From: Gammaproteobacteria bacterium
GTDB taxonomy: Bacteria; Pseudomonadota; Gammaproteobacteria; JBNLBB01
Direction: 5' to 3'
DNA: 60,590 nucleotides
Assembly (NCBI GenBank): GCA_050302415.1
Contig: JBNLBB010000001.1
Coordinates: 1-60,590, forward strand
Of this stretch, positions 58,157 through 60,590 are shown in pieces. The position numbers and the translations under genes are program-made. The notes under the pieces were generated by a model, which saw nothing but the letters and a program-made list of their open reading frames with translations, ran no database searches and was not told where the DNA came from. The number at the start of each line of letters is the position of its first letter. Positions within the stretch are counted from its first letter, which is position 1.

Positions 58157-58207
58157 TCAGATTAATTCCCAAAATGTGATTGATTGGTCGCAGTGGTCGG
58201 CATCAAC

Positions 58208-58546
58208 TCAGGTGCGCGACAACTCGTCGACAAAGTCTTCAAAGTCCTTGCGCTGGCGCGATTCCGGCCACGGTTCGCCTGCAGGATCGAACCCGATCAT
58301 CACCCTCCCTGAAAAGGACGACCGGGCAGCCTGCTGCACCATTTCCAGCTCGGCTGCGCACCACGAGCAGAGCAGCGTGTCGGGAAGCGTCCGGCGACGT
58401 TCCGATTCAATGGGCAGCTCGCAGACATGGCAGCGCAACGCCGGTTTGCGCCGGGAGCGTGTGCATTCCTGCTGCTGATGCTGATGGCAGAGCGCCGCTT
58501 CCAGATGCTGTTCCATTTCCTGGTTGGCCTGATCGGCAGAGTCCAT
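58208..58546 (-). CDS. TraR/DksA-family C4 zinc-finger protein with an extra C-terminal tail
   Basis: Start at the ATG at 58546 after GAGGGGAA. Four-Cys finger CHVCELPIESERRRTLPDTLLCSWC. Its stop is 51 nt upstream of olsB on the same strand. Confidence 0.65.
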   Translation of the reverse strand: MDSADQANQEMEQHLEAALCHQHQQQECTRSRRKPALRCHVCELPIESERRRTLPDTLLCSWCAAELEMVQQAARSSFSGRVMIGFDPAGEPWPESRQRKDFEDFVDELSRT

Positions 58547-58632
58547 ACTGTTCCCCTCTGTGGAGTGGCTATAGACTTGCCGGGCTGCCGCTGGGGCGGC
58601 CCGACGGGTTGCGCACATCCTGTGCGCCACGG

Positions 58633-58650
58633 ATGACATTTGCTTTACAG
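58633..58650 (-). promoter_or_regulatory. Candidate Pho box upstream of the traR-like-olsBA unit
   Basis: The minus strand reads CTGTAAA-gcaa-ATGTCAT (5/7 and 6/7 matches to CTGTCAT, 11-bp period), 87-104 nt upstream of the traR-like ATG. It is immediately followed by the inverted repeat GCGCACA-tcc-TGTGCGC (58611-58627). Confidence 0.35.
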
Positions 58651-58696
58651 ACGGTTGAAGATTGCGTGAATCTCACGCGGGGGAACGGGTTCGGGC

Positions 58697-59608
58697 ATGA
58701 TCCAGAAGTTGTTGCGTAGGCTGGAGGAACGGGTGGCGCAGGCCGCCCCCAGGTTCAGATCACGAACCCTGCGCCGCACCGCGCGGGTGGTGGTCGATAC
58801 GGTGCACGGACTCTGGCACGGCGAACTCAATCTCTATGCCACGAGTCTCGCGTTCACCACCCTGCTGGCCATCGTCCCCACGCTGGCGCTCGGTTTTGCC
58901 CTGTTCCGCAAACTCGATCTGCACCAGCAGCTGCGCGAGGTGCTGCACCTCTACCTGGTTCCCCTCGGCGAACAGGGACAATCCATCGAGACCCAGGTCT
59001 ACCGCTTCATCAGCGACCTGGACGTGGGGGTACTGGGAACGGTGGGGATCGTGGTACTCGCCTACTCCCTGCTTTCGCTGGTGCAGAAGACCGAGCATGC
59101 CTTCAATTTCATCTGGTCGCTGCCCAGCAACCGGTCGCTGGTGCGTGGCGTGGGCATCTATCTCGCCATCATGATCTGCGGCCCCCTGTTCGGCGTATTG
59201 GCGGTCGCCAGCATCGCGGCGCTGGCCGATACCCAGGTGGCGGCGGCGTTTCAGGGGCTGCCGCTGGTGGGAGGAATTCTGGTAGAGGCCTGGACTGTCT
59301 GGCCCTATCTGCTGGTCATGCTGGGCTTCGCCCTGCTCTATCGGATTCTGCCCAACACCAGGGTCAGCCTGCGCGCCGCGCTCATCGGCGGGCTGGTGGG
59401 GAGCGGGGTCTGGGTCTCCATCGGTCTGGCTTTTGCCGATTTCGTCACCGGGTCCGGCCGCTACCAGGCGATCTACTCAGGGCTGGCGATTCCTTTTTTC
59501 TTCATGCTCTGGCTTTTTTTCAGCTGGCTCAGTCTGCTGATCGGTGCCCAGATTGCGGCCAGCGTTGACCGCCACTCCATCGCCCCGGAAGGGACGCCAA
59601 CAGCCTGA
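58697..59608 (+). CDS. YihY/BrkB-family (virulence factor BrkB / former RNase BN) membrane protein
   Basis: 303-aa six-TM ORF with the YihY pattern (…YATSLAFTTLLAIVP…, …YRILPN…, …AIYSGLAIPFFFMLWLFFSW…). Confidence 0.8.
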   Translation: MIQKLLRRLEERVAQAAPRFRSRTLRRTARVVVDTVHGLWHGELNLYATSLAFTTLLAIVPTLALGFALFRKLDLHQQLREVLHLYLVPLGEQGQSIETQVYRFISDLDVGVLGTVGIVVLAYSLLSLVQKTEHAFNFIWSLPSNRSLVRGVGIYLAIMICGPLFGVLAVASIAALADTQVAAAFQGLPLVGGILVEAWTVWPYLLVMLGFALLYRILPNTRVSLRAALIGGLVGSGVWVSIGLAFADFVTGSGRYQAIYSGLAIPFFFMLWLFFSWLSLLIGAQIAASVDRHSIAPEGTPTA

Positions 59609-59721
59609 GAACAGCAGGTTCCCCCGCGGGCACGTTTTTCTGGATTGGCGGACTGGACATGCCTCGCTGCTGATCTATGTTAGGGGTGATAACGACTAGA
59701 TTTCATACCGGGAGGGTGGTC

Positions 59722-59970
59722 ATGGATACGAACCGCCAGATCAAAATTACGGGTGCGGAGTTCAACCGCTTCTGCAGCGACCGCACGCTGTGGTCAAACG
59801 GTGCCTATCTCGACGAAACGCTGATTTTAATCAACGGCCTGGACGCCGAGCACTATGCCAAACCCATCTTCGACCAGGACGAGATCCTGATCATCGCCGG
59901 TCGGCTGTGCAGCAGCGACGGATGTGTTTCGTTGACTGAACACCTCGCCCGCTGGCGCGACAATCACTGA
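59722..59970 (+). CDS. Small hypothetical protein (82 aa)
   Basis: The ATG at 59722 follows GGGAGGG. Sequence MDTNRQIKITGAEFNRFCSDRTLWSNGAYLDETLILING.... No family recognised. Its 3' end overlaps the convergent merB-like gene by 7 nt. Confidence 0.45.
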   Translation: MDTNRQIKITGAEFNRFCSDRTLWSNGAYLDETLILINGLDAEHYAKPIFDQDEILIIAGRLCSSDGCVSLTEHLARWRDNH

Positions 59971-60590
59971 GCGCCGGGGGGCTGCGCGGCCATCCAGTCG
60001 CCGAAAATCCACTCGGCGTGTCGCAGTACGTCCTCCAGTTCATGGATCTCGCCCGTTTCCGCATTCTGTCCCTGTGACGCCAACATTCCCGCCAGATGGG
60101 CGCGGTTACAAAACAGGTTCATGCTCGGACAGGCCAGGGTCACCACCTGGCCGGAGCAGCTGGGCATGTCGATATATTGAACCGGATGCCCGGGCGTGAC
60201 CCGGACCAGCCGCCCCGCCTCCAGGCGGCAGGTAATGATGGCGCCGCAATCCGGGCAGCCCGATTCGGTGGTCAGCGGTTCCCCGGTCATGAAGTGGATA
60301 CCCAGGGCATCGGTGGCGCACAGGGCGTACACCGACCGGCCGCCGGACAGCCGCACCCGGTGGCGCGTGGGGCGGCTGCTGAACGGGTAGGCGGTGGTGA
60401 TCTGGTCCCCCTCCAGGGTCAGCACATCCAGCCGCTGCAGCGCCTCGCATCCGTGGCGTGCCGCGTCCGGACGCTCGTGGCGCTGCTCAGCAAGCTGACT
60501 CACGCTCGGGCCGCAGCCGTGGTTCAGAAACCACTGCAACAGATCCAGCCGCAGCTGCCTGAGGTCCGGCTCCTTGCGGGCCAGGTCCGC
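59964..60590 (-). CDS. MerB-like (alkylmercury lyase family) protein; the N-terminus runs off the window
   Basis: The reading frame stays open to the window edge. RSVYALCATDALGIHFM and CPSMNLFCNRAHL resemble the MerB blocks around its catalytic Cys residues and the C-terminal xHFFxS region. Confidence 0.55.
   Translation of the reverse strand, partial: ADLARKEPDLRQLRLDLLQWFLNHGCGPSVSQLAEQRHERPDAARHGCEALQRLDVLTLEGDQITTAYPFSSRPTRHRVRLSGGRSVYALCATDALGIHFMTGEPLTTESGCPDCGAIITCRLEAGRLVRVTPGHPVQYIDMPSCSGQVVTLACPSMNLFCNRAHLAGMLASQGQNAETGEIHELEDVLRHAEWIFGDWMAAQPPGAQ

Noticed and set aside
1-60590. Search for CRISPR arrays, IS elements, integrases, phage genes, toxin-antitoxin pairs or known defence-system genes
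   Set aside because: I saw no regularly spaced direct repeats, no transposase, integrase or recombinase-like translations, no terminal inverted repeats flanking a compositional island, and no nuclease/ATPase/methylase cluster typical of defence islands. The window reads as core chromosome.

Overview
GC-rich, densely packed chromosomal segment that looks gammaproteobacterial and belongs to a sulfur-oxidising lifestyle (fccAB flavocytochrome c sulfide dehydrogenase, several c-type cytochromes, a TauE sulfite-exporter-like protein). I call about 60 protein genes. Most are housekeeping and in familiar synteny: exbBD-comEC-DUF2062-lolD, dnaQ-rnhA-methyltransferase-mltD, yejABEF, pckA, ampG, lexA, phoBR-pstS and olsBA. 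I saw no rRNA, tRNA, CRISPR array, IS element, integrase or prophage signature. The most interesting content is regulatory. (1) A near-consensus sigma-54 promoter with an upstream inverted repeat sits in front of fccAB, next to an orphan NapC/NirT-type tetrahaem cytochrome. About 9 kb away is a sigma-54 enhancer-binding protein whose sensor domain carries a Cys-x10-Cys-x6-Cys cluster in a His-rich stretch, reminiscent of the sulfide sensor FisR. (2) A local Pho regulon: clear Pho boxes at phoB and pstS, a possible Pho box in front of a traR/dksA-like-olsB-olsA operon, and about 0.8 kb of unassigned DNA holding a candidate small RNA. (3) Unusual architectures and contexts: a lipoprotein with two metal-site-degenerate Tp34/P19-like domains fused to two SPOR domains; an EgtD-like methyltransferase without EgtB, co-oriented with a PhoPQ-like two-component system; a macro-domain / orphan PAS-kinase / HAD phosphatase unit packed onto yejABEF; and aguA and aguB split by a DUF4198 / HupE-UreJ metal-uptake pair. 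(4) A second candidate small RNA lies between mltD and a pentapeptide-repeat gene. All functional calls rest on my own reading of the translations and motifs; no database search was run. Many long ORFs in the track are antisense artefacts typical of GC-rich DNA.
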